Positions 1 to 11,209 of a DNA stretch of 64,000 nucleotides are shown in pieces. How positions within the stretch are numbered: position 1 is the first letter of the stretch; each line of letters begins with the position of its first letter. Made by a program: the position numbers and the translations under genes. This stretch comes from Vicinamibacterales bacterium (GTDB lineage: Bacteria; Acidobacteriota; Vicinamibacteria; Vicinamibacterales; JAMQPK01), in contig CAVXIR010000004.1 of NCBI GenBank assembly GCA_963761975.1, positions 1,155,148 through 1,219,147 of the forward strand, read 5' to 3'. The notes beneath the pieces were generated by a model. The model saw only the letters and a program-made list of their open reading frames with translations, was not told where the DNA came from and did no database searches.

Positions 1-2292
1 GCTGAAGTTCACGACGGGTAACCCGTTCCTGAGTAGCAGGTCCGGTATGCCGTTCGACGCCCCGTTGCTCGTGACCGGCCCGTAGTTCGCGGTGTAAGGC
101 GGGTTCTTCATGAACGCCCCGGCGTTCTTGTTGTTGGGGTAATAGGCCAGCCCAAAGCCGCCGCGAAGCACCATCTCATGCGGCAGCGTGGCCGAGAACC
201 CCAGTCGCGGCGCGATGTCCGAAAGATCGGTCTTCACGCCAGCCGTGCGGCTCACCCCATCCACGCCGGCGACGAGCAGCTTCCCTTCAGACGGAACCCA
301 GTTCGAGAGGTGATTCTCCTCCTCGGTGAGCGGAGTGAAGACGTCGTAGCGAAGCCCCAGGTTCACGGTGAGCCACGAGGTCGCACGCCAATCGTCCTGC
401 ACGAAGACGCTCGGCTCGTTCGAGTGGTAGTGCGGCATTCCCGGTGTGTACAGCCGGCGCACGTCCGCCGGAAACCCCAGGAGGAACGACGCGAATGCAT
501 GGCCGCCACTTGCTGAACCTGCGACTCCGCTGTTGGTTGTCGTCGAATCGAACCCCCAGAGGCCCTGCGCAGAGTTCGACTGGAGCACGCCGAAGCTCCG
601 CAACACGACGCCCGCGCCAATCTTCAGGTTGTGCGCGTTCTTGGCAATCGTGATCGACCCTGCGATCTGGGACGTGCGGTTGTAGATCTGAAGCGGCACC
701 CATTGCGTCTCTCCGACTGCGGCGAACGTCGTCGGGCGCATTTCCATCAGCGGCAGGCCGCTCGTTTCGTCGGCGCCGGTGTTCGCGTTCGGAATGCCGA
801 GAAAATCGCCGAGGTTGGACTTGTGATTCGGTCCAAGCGAGAGGATGTCGGGTCTCGAATAGTTGCCTTTGATCTCGGAAATCATGGTCGAGCTGAAGAC
901 GCGAACCCAGCTGCCCACCACATTGTGCGCGGTCGTGTAGTTGGGGCCCGCATAATTGCCGGTGGCCGCGCCGCCGACGATGCACGTCGGATCGATCGTT
1001 CGTCCACCGATGTCGACCGGCGGGCAGAGGCTTGGGGTCACTGTGTCGGTCTTGTTGTACGAGTACCGCGTGAAGACGCTGTTCTGATCGTTGAAGCGGT
1101 GGTCGATGCGCACGTCGGTCGCATGATTGTTCTGGGTCCGCTGATTCGTATACGCAAAGTTGTTCGAGAGGCCTGGGCTCGTCGGCATCGGATACAACTG
1201 CGCCATCTTGACCGCAATCGGGTCGAATCGACCGGCCGGGATCACGTTGCCCGGAAACGCCGTGCGCACCGCTGTTGTCGGGTCGTAGATGGGAGTCGAG
1301 AGCTCAGAAAAATCGCCGCTCCGCATCTTCACCGTCGGCACGGTGATCACGGTGGGCACGCCTTGTTTCAGCCGATAGCCCTCATAGTCGACGAAAAAGA
1401 ACGTCTGGTTCGCCCGCAGCGGTCCGCCAAGGCTGCCGCCAAACTGGTTCTGACGGATGATCGGCTTGTCGGTCGCGAAAAACAGGCGTGAATCGAACTT
1501 CTCGTGGCGGCCGAACTCGAATGCCGATCCGTGAAACGCATTTCCTCCCGACTTGGTGATGATATTGATGACACCGCCAAGCGTCCGGCCGGTTTCGGCC
1601 GTGTACATGTTGGTCTGGACGCGCACTTCGGCAATCGCGTCAATCGACGGCTTGATGCTGACGGTGCCGATTGTGCGCTCGTTGTTGTCCATGCCGTCGA
1701 CCAACTGATTGTTGAGGACGTCATTGACGCCGTTGATCGACACCGAGGAGGTCTGCCGGCGCTCATCGGGACGCGTGCCATTGGCCAGCGAGCTCAGTGC
1801 ACCCTCGCTCGCCCCGGGAATCATCTGCACCATTCGGATAATGTTGCGACCGGGAATCGGCGCGTCCTGCACCGTCTTCTCGTCGATGAGCGAGCTGACC
1901 GTCGATGAGTCTGTCTGCAGCAGCGGGGATTCGCCGGTGACGACGAGGCTCTCCTGCACGGTGCCAACCTGCATCCGCGCGTCGACGCGCGCGCGGTCGC
2001 CCGTGGTGAGCTCAACCCGCGAACTCACCGTCTGGAACCCCTGCAGCTCGATTTTCACGGTATAGACACCAATAGGCAGCAACGTGAAGAGATAGTCGCC
2101 AGTATCGCTGGTCACCGTCGTGCGCACGTTCTTCGTGGCCACGTTCTCCGCCGTGACCGTCACGGCGGGCAACACGCCCCCACTCGTGTCCGTCACACGG
2201 CCGACAATATCGGCGGTGCCCTGTGCGAATGCGAATGTGTTCATTGCCAGAAAGACGGTGGCCGCACTGCCAAATGCACGAAGAAAGGTCAT
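1..2292 (-). CDS. TonB-dependent receptor with N-terminal carboxypeptidase-regulatory-like domain (3' end runs off the left edge)
   Basis: Absent from the ORF track because there is no stop inside the window. My translation from ATG (comp. 2290-2292, AAGGAGG RBS comp. 2298-2304) gives MTFLRAFGSAATVFLAMNTFAFAQGTADIVGRVTDTSGGVLPAV. In the same frame, 1501-1620 gives VQTNMYTAETGRTLGGVINIITKSGGNAFHGSAFEFGRHE, a TBDR plug motif. None of the listed minus ORFs use this frame. Confidence 0.8.
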   Translation of the reverse strand, partial: MTFLRAFGSAATVFLAMNTFAFAQGTADIVGRVTDTSGGVLPAVTVTAENVATKNVRTTVTSDTGDYLFTLLPIGVYTVKIELQGFQTVSSRVELTTGDRARVDARMQVGTVQESLVVTGESPLLQTDSSTVSSLIDEKTVQDAPIPGRNIIRMVQMIPGASEGALSSLANGTRPDERRQTSSVSINGVNDVLNNQLVDGMDNNERTIGTVSIKPSIDAIAEVRVQTNMYTAETGRTLGGVINIITKSGGNAFHGSAFEFGRHEKFDSRLFFATDKPIIRQNQFGGSLGGPLRANQTFFFVDYEGYRLKQGVPTVITVPTVKMRSGDFSELSTPIYDPTTAVRTAFPGNVIPAGRFDPIAVKMAQLYPMPTSPGLSNNFAYTNQRTQNNHATDVRIDHRFNDQNSVFTRYSYNKTDTVTPSLCPPVDIGGRTIDPTCIVGGAATGNYAGPNYTTAHNVVGSWVRVFSSTMISEIKGNYSRPDILSLGPNHKSNLGDFLGIPNANTGADETSGLPLMEMRPTTFAAVGETQWVPLQIYNRTSQIAGSITIAKNAHNLKIGAGVVLRSFGVLQSNSAQGLWGFDSTTTNSGVAGSASGGHAFASFLLGFPADVRRLYTPGMPHYHSNEPSVFVQDDWRATSWLTVNLGLRYDVFTPLTEEENHLSNWVPSEGKLLVAGVDGVSRTAGVKTDLSDIAPRLGFSATLPHEMVLRGGFGLAYYPNNKNAGAFMKNPPYTANYGPVTSNGASNGIPDLLLRNGLPVVNFS

Positions 2293-2465
2293 ATCTGCCT
2301 CCTTGAGATGCGGAACAGCCGAAATCGCGCTGACTGCTTAGGAGACGAACGGATGGATTGCGTGAATCGTAGACGAACCTACGGTAAAAGCAACCGAATT
2401 CCCCAGGTATTGGTCACGCCGAAATTCAGGTTTTTGGAGGAGGAGAAAAAAAGAAGTGTGAAGAC

Positions 2466-2500
2466 AAAAAAAGGCCGGGTCTAAAGAGCAAGACCCGGCC
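2466..2500 (-). terminator. Rho-independent terminator after the DUF1552 gene
   Basis: On the minus strand: perfect 10-bp stem GGCCGGGTCT / AGACCCGGCC with an 8-nt loop, followed directly by T7 (plus-strand A-run 2466-2472). It lies about 25 nt past the stop at 2526. Confidence 0.7.
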
Positions 2501-2507
2501 TACGTAC

Positions 2508-2528
2508 GCTTGCTACAGCTACCAGCTA
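2508..2528. repeat. Short heptad array (GTAGCTG type, read on minus strand) abutting the terminator hairpin
   Basis: The plus strand reads cttgcta cagctac cagctag. The TAG stop of the DUF1552 gene (comp. 2526-2528) lies inside the last unit. Confidence 0.4.
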
Positions 2529-3881
2529 GATATCTGACAAATACCCCAGCTTGCCTTTGCTGTCGGCGAAGGTCTCCGCAGGAATCCCCATCTTGTTCAT
2601 CATCGACACATGCAGGTTCGCCAGCGGCGTCTCGTTCGGATAGGTCACGTGCCGGCCCAGATGGAACAGCCCGTTGCCGCGACCGGTGATGACCGTGGGC
2701 AGGTCGTCGTGATCGTGATCTTTGCTGAGACCGCTGCCATAGTTGACCATGATGTGGTCGAACAGCGTGCCGTCACCATCCTTGGTCGCCTTCAGCTTAT
2801 CGATGAAGTAGGCGAACTGTTCAATCTGGTACTGATTGATGAGGATGCATTTCTCGATCTTTTCCTTGTCGCCGCCATGGTGCGTCAAGCCGTGATGAGA
2901 ATCGGCAATCCCGATCTCGCGATACGCGCGGTTGCTCTGCTCGATCGCCATCAGGAACGTGATGATGCGCGTCGAGTCGGTCTGGAATGCCGTCGCCATC
3001 AGGTCGAACATGATGCGCGTGTGCTCGTTGTAGTTCTCCGGCACGCTCGGCGACGGCCGATCCATCTCGGGGTTGAGCGCGCTCTCGCTTTCCGTTTTCT
3101 GGATACGGGTTTCGATGTCTCGAACCGCGTACAAATACTCATCCAGCTTGCGGCGATCGGAGACACTTACCGCCGTCTCGAGACGCTTCGCGTCCGTGAG
3201 CACTGAATCGAGGACGCTCTTCTGGTACTTCTCTTTCCTCGCGCGCTTCACCGGGTCGCGCTCGATCTCGCCGGCGCCGAACAGGCGCTCGAAGACGGCG
3301 CGCGGGCGAATCTCGGGAGGATTCGGCGTCGACGGTGTGCGCCACGAGATGCTGTTGCTGTAGGCGCAGCTGTAGCCGTTGTCGCAATTGCCGCCCTGAA
3401 TGCCCTCTTCGCAGCCGAGCTCGAGCGAGGCAAAGCGTGTCTGGTTCCCGATGACGCTCGCCGCATACTGATCCATCGAAATGCCGGCTTGGAGATCCTT
3501 ACCGAACGTCTTCTTGGGATGCGCGCCCGTCAGGTAGCTCGCGCCCGCGCGGCCATGGTCGCCGGGACCGTCGCCATGCGCGCGGCCGCCATCGACGGTC
3601 AGACCGTTCAGCACGGTGATGTCGTTGCGATACTTCGTCAGGGGCGCCATCGTGCGCGGCAACACGTTCGGGAGCGCAGCGATTTGCGCGTCGCTCTTGA
3701 TGGCCCAGGTGTCCATCTGGACGCCGTTCGGGAAATACAGGATCGCAAGGCGTGTCGGCGACGCGCCGGCGGCTTTCACGAACGCCGGCACCATGGCGTC
3801 GAGCAGCGGCAGGGCGACGACAGTGCCCATGCCACGCAGAAACGTGCGCCTCGGAAGCTGCTTCTTGAAGATCAGATTCAT
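2526..3881 (-). CDS. DUF1552 domain-containing protein (Tat/Sec-exported)
   Basis: Intact 451-aa ORF with N-terminus MNLIFKKQLPRRTFLRGMGTVVALPLLDAM. The overall sequence is typical of the DUF1552 partner that follows DUF1592 genes. Its start overlaps the upstream stop (ATGA at 3878-3881). Confidence 0.9.
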   Translation of the reverse strand: MNLIFKKQLPRRTFLRGMGTVVALPLLDAMVPAFVKAAGASPTRLAILYFPNGVQMDTWAIKSDAQIAALPNVLPRTMAPLTKYRNDITVLNGLTVDGGRAHGDGPGDHGRAGASYLTGAHPKKTFGKDLQAGISMDQYAASVIGNQTRFASLELGCEEGIQGGNCDNGYSCAYSNSISWRTPSTPNPPEIRPRAVFERLFGAGEIERDPVKRARKEKYQKSVLDSVLTDAKRLETAVSVSDRRKLDEYLYAVRDIETRIQKTESESALNPEMDRPSPSVPENYNEHTRIMFDLMATAFQTDSTRIITFLMAIEQSNRAYREIGIADSHHGLTHHGGDKEKIEKCILINQYQIEQFAYFIDKLKATKDGDGTLFDHIMVNYGSGLSKDHDHDDLPTVITGRGNGLFHLGRHVTYPNETPLANLHVSMMNKMGIPAETFADSKGKLGYLSDI

Positions 3882-6569
3882 GGTCTCGCGCCCTCCACAG
3901 TCTGCATCTGAAACGGTTTGCTCTTCACGACTTCCATGACGAGCGCCGAGAACCTGTACTCGCTCGCCTTGACCTGACGGCTGATGGCGTCCACCGTGGG
4001 ACGATCATAGCGCTCCAACCCGCGTCCGAGACTGTAGGTCAGCAGCTTCTCCGTGACGTTGTTCACGAACGCGTCGGATTTCGTCTTGAGGATTTCCTTC
4101 AATCCCTTCGACCCGGTAAACGACTGCCCTCCGGGCAGCGTGCCCGACGCCTCGATGGGGAACTTGCCATCGTGCGTGCGCCACGCACCGACCGCATCGT
4201 AGTTTTCGAGCCCGAAGCCGATCGGATCCATCAGCACGTGGCAGGGCGCACAGCTTGGATCGCGCCGATGCTGCTCGAGACGCTCCCGAAGCGACACTTC
4301 GGTCCCGATGTTCGATTCATTCAGCGACGGCACATCGTCGGGCGGCGGCGGGGGCGGCGTGCCGAGCAGGTTCTCCATCACCCACTTCCCGCGAACCGGC
4401 ATCGAGGTGCGGGTGGGATACGACGAGACCGTCAGGATCGCGCCCTGGGTGAGGACGCCACTGCGCTGCTCGCCGTCCAGGGCCACGCGCTGGAACCCTT
4501 CGCCGTCGACGCCCTTGATTCCATAGTGCCGGGCGAGCGGGCCATTGACCCACGTAAACGGTGCGTCGATGAAGTCGAGGAGACTTCTATCTTCTTTAAT
4601 GATGGTCTCGACGAACTTCATCGTCTCGGTGCGCATGGCGTCGAGGAGCTCGTCGTCCACCGTGGGAAACCGCTTGGGATCGGGTTTGGTGCGGCCGAGG
4701 TTCCGCAGTTGAAGCCACTGCGCCGCCCAGTTCTCGACCAGGTTGAAACCCTTCGGGTCGGCCATCATGCGGCGCACCTGCGCCTCCAGCACTGCCGGCT
4801 GGCGCAGCGTGCCGGCCTTGGCGACCCGCATCAGCTCCGCATCGGGCATGCTCGCCCAGAGAAAGTACCGAGCAGCCGTGAGGCAAGCTCGACGTCGCTC
4901 ACCGGATATTCGTCGATCGTCGATCGTCGATCGGCCATCGTCGATTGGCGCACGGCCATCGCCGAGACGATGGACGATGGACGATGGACGATGGACGCTC
5001 GCACGTAGGCCGGGTCTTGTTCTTGAGACCCGGCGGCCCCGACCCTCGGCCTCGGATTGGTTTCGACACGGAAGAGGAAATTGGGTGACGCCAGAATCGC
5101 CTGCAACGCCAGCCGGATGCCTTCCTCGAACGAATCGCCTTCGCGCTGCGCAAGCGTGACGAGATCGAGCTTCGACTTGACCTCCTCTTCCGTGACGGGG
5201 CGCCGATACGCGCGCTCCATCAGGCTGCTCAGGATCGTCCGGGCGCACTGCGGGGTCTTCTGGCTGCAAACGAATATCTTCGTGTAGCTCTCGGGTGGCG
5301 TCGTGCTCGGATTGAACGGCCCAACGATGTCGAGATAATCGACGAAGAGACCGCGGCGCATGTCGGGATTGATGTTCTCGCGCGGGTCGGCAAGGTTCGC
5401 CAGCTCCGGATACGACGCGCGAAGGAACCGCTCGCCCGCCTTCACCTTCGCGCGCGACGTGAACTCGCCTTGCGAATATCCAAACGCACCGCTGCCTTCG
5501 ATGACGGTCGTGATGATTGGCGCGCCGTCGACCGACAGCACCAGCTGGCGAGGGGGCGCGGCTTTCCTCGCCGCTTCGTCGCGCGCTTTCAATTCTTCGG
5601 GCGTGGGCTCACGACGCGGCCCACCGCCCCGTCCACCTCGCGCCGGCGTGCCGCCGTCCCCGTCCCCGCGGCGGCGGCCGCCTTCTCCCGCTCGAGCCTG
5701 CGCGCTTCGAACAGCTTGCGCCGCTCTTCGGCGCGGCGGGCGCGCTCTTCATCGGTCAGGTCTGCGTCACTTTCGCCGCGGAAATTCGCAATCCTCAGGC
5801 GGAACTCGTACTCGCCGTCGACCGGGAAGGTGAAATTTCCGTACATCGCGCCGCGAAGTGAATAGGGCAGGTACATGCCCGAGTTCCCTTCCGAGAGCAC
5901 GTCGTACGCGTCCTGCGATCGCCGGTTCATCAGCCGGACGAGGCGCGTGGGTTTCGGCGGTACTGTTTCACCGTACACGGCGAGGCGCGAGATCTTCTCC
6001 GCAGCCTGCATGTACTTTTCCATCAACATCGGCGAAACCGACAGCACGTCGCTGTTATTGTCGAAGCCGTACCCGGAGTCGTCCACGGGGAACTCGTCCG
6101 CAGGCCGCGCCGCAACCCCGAGCAGATCTCGAATCGTGTTGTTGTATTCCACGCGATTCAGGCGGCGTGCCGTGACGCGGCCGGCGCTGCTGCGCGCAAT
6201 CGTTGCCTCAGCCGCGCCCGGGAGCTTCCGGGCCCAATTGGTAATCGCATCGCGATCGGCTTGGCTCAGCGGCGCCGCAGCTGGCGGCGGCATGGCGCCA
6301 GAACTGACCTTTTGTAGCACGTTGTGCCAGATGGCCGGCTGAGCGAGCGCGGTCGCGGGATCTTTGAAAGGTTCGAGGCTGAACGTCCCGGCCCGGGTTC
6401 GATCGTTGTGACAGCTGAGGCAGCTTTTGGACAGAACCGGCAGCACTTGCTGCTGAAACTCTTCAGTCGTGGCCCGGGGTTGCCCCTGTCCAACGATGGT
6501 TCGCGTCGCCAGACCGCTACCGACGGCCGCGCACACCACCACCAACCCGGCGAATACCTTTCGCGTCAT
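3878..6569 (-). pseudogene. DUF1592/DUF1588/DUF1585-family heme-binding protein (PSD/PSCyt type), frame-disrupted (pseudogene or assembly indels)
   Basis: Three track fragments in three frames (5589..6614, 4831..5592, 3878..5269) are colinear with one protein.
- Signal peptide MTRKVFAGLVVVCAAVG (ATG comp. 6567-6569, AAGGAG RBS).
- Heme motif CLSCH.
- ILASPNFLFRVE, YFLWASMPDAELMRVAKAG, and the C-terminal VMEVVKSKPFQM.

Frame changes fall in a GC-rich Gly/Arg tract (about 5600-5700) and near 4865-4875 (ELASRLLG | YFLWAS). The gene also contains the 125-bp repeat element at 4910-5034. Confidence 0.8.
4910..5034. repeat. Composite palindromic element: (TCGTCGA)n, (GACGATG)n, then the GGCCGGGTCT..AGACCCGGC hairpin, inserted inside the DUF1592 CDS
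   Basis: Heptad arrays at 4910-4946 and 4966-4997. The hairpin at 5008-5034 plus the linker CCTACGTGCG (read on minus) matches the terminator module at 2473-2508 in the opposite orientation. Confidence 0.75.
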
Positions 6570-6681
6570 GCTGCTCCTTAAAGAGTGGCTTCTATTTTCG
6601 CACGAACACCTCAAGTTACTGGCATGTCATTTGTCGCCGCTTGTATCGGCCCACCTACAGAGAGTTACCGCTTTCGCATGA

Positions 6682-9600
6682 TCAGAACGTCAGTCTGACA
6701 CCCAAACGGAACTCCCGTTCGTCATACTGCCGCCCTAAACGGTTGGTGGACGTGATGACCCCGAACCCATTGAGATTACGGACAGTTCCGTCCGGATTTA
6801 GCTGCAAATTTGCGACGTTGGCGGCCGGATTCGCAAAGTGCGGCGTATTGGTCGCGTTCAGGGCCTCGATACGAATCTGCAGGGTCCTGTTGCTCCTCAA
6901 AGAGAAGGTCCGAAACACGCTCAGGTCGAGGTTTGCGACGCCGGGTCCACGAAGGGTGTTATACCCCGCGGTTCCGAACCTGACTTCCGTGACCGGCCTG
7001 AACGCTGTCGGATCGAAGTACGCGCCCACCCGCCGAGAACCCATTGATCACGACCGTATCCTTAATTTGATCCGCCGTCTGGTTCGTGCCGTTACCCGCG
7101 TTCAGAATTCCGTTCGCTGCGGTAACCGTGAACGGCGTCCCGGACCTCGCGGTGAAAAACGCATTGACCTGCCACCCACCCAATACGTGGGACAACACGC
7201 CGGAGTCGTTGAGGAACTTTCGCCCGGTACCAAACGGCAGCGAGTAAATCACCGACGTGTTGAGCATGTGCGGATTGCTGTTGGCCTGGTCCCCCTTGTT
7301 CAGGTGCCAGTACTCGGGCTGCGGGATCGATCCCGCCCACCAGTCGATCGCTTTCGCAAAGGTGTAGGCGACGGTGTACTGCAGTCCCTGAGACATGCGT
7401 TTGTTGACGCTTGCCTGGAACGAATCGTAGTCCACTCTCCCGTACGGGCCCTGGACGTTGATCGCCGCGGTCGTCAGATCGCTGTACGGCTGGCTCGCCG
7501 TGCCCCCGCCCAGCCGGCCGTAATTCTCGTTCAGGTTGCGCGTCATCCCGCGCTGCCGATTCGCCACGTAACCAAGCGTCAGGCTGTGGCTCATGGGCAA
7601 CAGCTGCTGCATGCTCACGTTCCACGAGGAGATGGTTCCGCGCTCGAACTTCCCGCGGTAGGTCGTCATGCCGGCGGCAGGCCGCACGCTGCCGACTGTA
7701 AGGTCGAACTGCGGTACGACGGTCACGCCGTCGTTCAGGCTGCCGACAGCCGCGTAGTTGTTCGCGCCCTGTTCGCTGATGATGATCGTGGCCGGGAACG
7801 CCTGGAACGGCGGCATCTGGTTGCGGCCAGACGTATCGTTCTGCGGGTTCCGTGAATAGCCGACGCGGATGACCGTGGATTCGGTCGGGCGGTAGGCCCA
7901 GCCAAGGCGCGGCGTGAAGAGATTTTTTTCGACCGTGATCCCGCATGTCTCGTCGTTGGGAGCCACGCCGCAAATCAGCAGCAGCCGCGATTGGAAGTCG
8001 AAGATTTCCAGCCCGCGATCGGCGCGCTGCGACAGCGGGTAATACTCCCAGCGGATACCGGCTGACACCGTCATCTTGCTGTTGAGCTCGAACTGGTCCC
8101 GGAGGTAGACGCCGTATTGATTCGACCGGAGCGTCGCCGGCCGGTAGTCCATGATGTTCTCGACCGTCGGCTCGTCGCCGATCATCGGCGTCATCGATTC
8201 CGACGTGCGCTGAAAGACCTCGCCCAGCAGGAAATCGGCGAACGCGTTGAACTGGTTCGGCCCAGCCGGCGCGAGCGCCGTCCGTCCGCCATTGAATGAG
8301 AACGTCGGCGTCTGCGTCTCATAGTGGTTTTGATGAAGGATCTTCATCTCGCCGCCGAATTTCACGTTGTGGTTGCCTTTCGTCCACCCGAAGTTCATCG
8401 AACCACTCCACTGCGGATCGCGGTAGGCGCGCGGCTCCCCGCCGCCAGCCAGCCGATAGGTGTTGGAGGCCATGATTTGCGGAATCGCCGTGCTACGCGA
8501 ACGCGGCGGCTGGCAGCTGTTCTTGACGCCGAGCAGCTCGCCCCAGCAGTCGTCCGTGTGCGGTCGGGCCAGCATGTCGGTGCGCGTGAAGCCGAATACG
8601 CCGTCCATCACCATCGTAGGGGACAAGGTCGAGGTGACCGCCAGTGAATGACTGTGGACCGTCGAATCCCAGATGCGTCCCTGGAAGATCTGGTTGACGC
8701 CGCCGTCGATCGACGGCATCTCCGGCGCGCTGTCCTCGTAGCTGTCGCCGTATCCGAGGCGTCCATTAATGATGACGCGCGCGCTCGGCGTCCAGGTGAT
8801 CTTCCCGTCGTATTTGTTGTAATCGGTGTCGTAGCTGTTGGTGGCGAAGAAATTATTCGTAAAGCCGGGCAGCGAGGGCGCCACCAGCTTGCTCAGGAAG
8901 TTCTTTGAAATCTGGTTGATCCGGTTCGCCGGAATGTAGTTGCACGCCTCGAACTGCGCGCCCGACAGCGCGGTGAGCCCGGGGCAATTCTGGAACGCGA
9001 ACGGCGTCCGTCCGGTCCCGTTCGTCGCGCCCGTCCGCGGATCGTAGAGCACCGTACCGGTGCCCGCGAAGTTTCCCTCGCGCATCGCCATCGTCGGAAG
9101 GCTGCGGAGTCCGTTCGCGCCCGAGTTCGAGAACGCGTTGCCGGCTTCGGTGCGCTGGCGCGTCCGCTCGGCGCTGGCGAAGAAGAATATCTTGTTGCGC
9201 CTGATCGGCCCGCCCACCGTGCCGCCATAGATGTGCGTGCTGCCGGTCCCCTTCGGGTCGCCGGCCGGCAGGAAGAAGTTCTTCGACTTCATCCGGTAAT
9301 CGGTGACGTGTTCGAACAGCGATCCGGTGATCGAGTTCGTCCCGCTCTTGACCTGCACATTGACGGCTGCACCGCCCGCCATCCCTTGATCGGCGTCGAA
9401 GCTGCTCGTCACGACGCTGACCGTTTCGATCGCCTCGATACTCGGCGTGTAGGCCTGGATCTGCTGAAAGAACTGGTTGATTTGCGACACGCCGTCGAGA
9501 CGGAAGACAGTGTTGTTTGTCGGCTGGCCGTTGACCGTCAGGGCCATCGAGCGGGTCGGGTTGTTGCTGCCGCCGGACTGATCGTAGCTGGGCTGACCGA

Positions 9601-10087
9601 CACCGGGCATCAGGGCGAGGGCGGTCTGATAGGACCGGCCGCTGGTCGGCACGGTCTCGAGTTGCGTGGAGGTGGTGAGAGACTGCACAGCCGCGCTTTC
9701 GGTCTGGAGCACGGCCGCCTGCCCCGAGACGACGATCGATTCTTCGAGCGCCCCGACGCTCAGCTTGGCGTCCACACGCACGTCGAGCCCCTGGCGGACG
9801 GCGATATCGCGCGCCGTGAACGTCGAGAAGCCAGGAAGTTTGACGTCGATCTGGTAGGTTCCTGGAAGCAGGTTCGGGACGTTGTAACTGCCGGTCTCAT
9901 TGGTCACGATCTCGCGCGCGAGATTGGTTTCCCGCTGAGTGACGGTGACCGTCGCGCCAGGAAGTGCCGCTCCGGTCTCATCGGTGACGTTACCGACGAG
10001 CGATCCGTACAGCGCCTGCGCGCTGGCATCCGCCGCCATCGCCGACACGAACACCGCCAAGAGCACACTTCTCCACACGATCCTCAT
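6682..10087 (-). pseudogene. TonB-dependent receptor (CarboxypepD_reg + plug + barrel) with one frameshift near the C-terminus (or an assembly indel)
   Basis: The 1042-aa ORF 6959..10087 starts MRIVWRSVLLAVFVSAMAADASAQALYGSLVGNVTDETGAALPGATVTV. The 120-aa ORF 6682..7044 carries the canonical barrel end (FGTAGYNTLRGPGVANLDLSVF...EFRLGVRLTF). The frames meet at about 7021-7040 in a GC-rich stretch containing short C runs. Confidence 0.85.
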
Positions 10088-10117
10088 AATTCCTCCAGAA
10101 AACAGTGCTGCAGCTCG

Positions 10118-10129
10118 GATTATCGATTG
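10118..10129. promoter_or_regulatory. Partial ATCGAT-type motif (GATTATCGATTG) upstream of the TBDR start at 10087
   Basis: An AT-rich 12-mer in a GC-rich divergent intergenic region (10088-10243). It shares ATTATCGAT with the full motif seen at four other promoter regions. Confidence 0.35.
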
Positions 10130-10243
10130 CGGGGTATTTTAGCGGTGTGCGGTGGGGTGAATTGTGACAAGTTGCGACATGTGAACCGGTCTCTTGACAT
10201 GGATATCAGGGAGTGGCACAAGAGCCACGGGCTCTCGATTCCC

Positions 10244-11209
10244 ATGAAAATCCACCCGTTCATCCTCGGCTTCTTGCCCTTGCTGGCGTTCTCCGTGGCG
10301 TGCCAGAGGGTCGAATCGGCTTCCAGCGACAAGGAACCCGCCATGGTGAGGGTGTCGACCGGGTCCCCGACGGGTAATTTCCGGCCATTCAGCGAGGCGC
10401 TCGCAAAGAGCTACGCGGAGTTGATGCCCGACGTTCGAATCCAGAGCATCGAAACGCCAGGATCGGTGCACAACATCGAGGCGCTGCAGGACGGCACCGT
10501 GGATATCGGCCTCGCGCAGGCCGGCATCGCGTACATGGCTTACAACGGCCACCTGCTCGAGTCGAGACGGTCGTTGCGAAACATTCGCGGCATCGCTGTG
10601 CTCAATTCCTCAGAGGTGCATCTGATGGTGAGCCCGGCGTCGACGATCCGCTCGGTAGAAGAACTGCGAGGACGCCGTGTTGGAATCGGCCCTAAGGGCG
10701 GCGGCCTGGCGGTCACATCTGAGATGGTGCTGCGCGGCTACTTCGCGCCAGGCGAAGTACAGGAAATCAGCACGACCGTCTCGCAGACCATGGCGATGCT
10801 GCTCGATAACACGTTCGACGCGGCCTTCACTATTTCGAGCGTTCCGAACGATGAGGCGAAGATCCTCACTAGCAAAGGCGCGCGGCTATTGCAGCTCCGG
10901 GGACCGGCGGTTGGCCGGCTACGCACGACGTATCCGTTTTTCCGATCCAAGATCATCCCGGCCGGCCAATACCTCGGACAGACTCAGCCGGTGCACACCC
11001 TCTCAGTCGACGTCGTCCTCCTCGCGCGCGCGGGTCTCGATGACGCCATCGTCCGCCGGCTGACAGAAGGGCTTTTCCGGATGCTGCCGAAGCTCAGCGC
11101 CGAGTTGACGTTCCTGAAAGGAATGGTGCCAGAGCGCGCGCCCGCCACACCGGTGCCATTACATCCGGGGGCCGCGCTTTACTACCGCGAGCGGGAGCTC
11201 AGGCGATGA
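10244..11209 (+). CDS. TAXI-family TRAP-type periplasmic solute-binding protein
   Basis: In-frame ATG at 10244 inside track ORF 9233..11209 gives signal/lipoprotein-like MKIHPFILGFLPLLAFSVAC. Other matches are PFSEALAKSYAELMPDVRIQSIETPGSVHNIEALQDGTVDIGLAQAG and C-terminal PLHPGAALYYRE, both TAXI hallmarks. The upstream 337 codons are antisense to the TBDR. Confidence 0.8.
   Translation: MKIHPFILGFLPLLAFSVACQRVESASSDKEPAMVRVSTGSPTGNFRPFSEALAKSYAELMPDVRIQSIETPGSVHNIEALQDGTVDIGLAQAGIAYMAYNGHLLESRRSLRNIRGIAVLNSSEVHLMVSPASTIRSVEELRGRRVGIGPKGGGLAVTSEMVLRGYFAPGEVQEISTTVSQTMAMLLDNTFDAAFTISSVPNDEAKILTSKGARLLQLRGPAVGRLRTTYPFFRSKIIPAGQYLGQTQPVHTLSVDVVLLARAGLDDAIVRRLTEGLFRMLPKLSAELTFLKGMVPERAPATPVPLHPGAALYYRERELRR

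Noticed and set aside
2293-2465. Riboswitch (for example cobalamin) in the leader of the TBDR gene
   Set aside because: I could find no conserved riboswitch core elements when reading the minus-strand leader.
4865-5700. Programmed ribosomal frameshifting as the explanation for the frame breaks
   Set aside because: I saw no slippery heptamer plus downstream structure pattern shared among the sites. The breaks occur in unrelated genes and contexts.
9233-10243. N-terminal 337 codons of the 658-aa ORF 9233..11209
   Set aside because: This stretch is antisense to the TBDR gene. The real TAXI protein starts at the signal peptide (ATG 10244).
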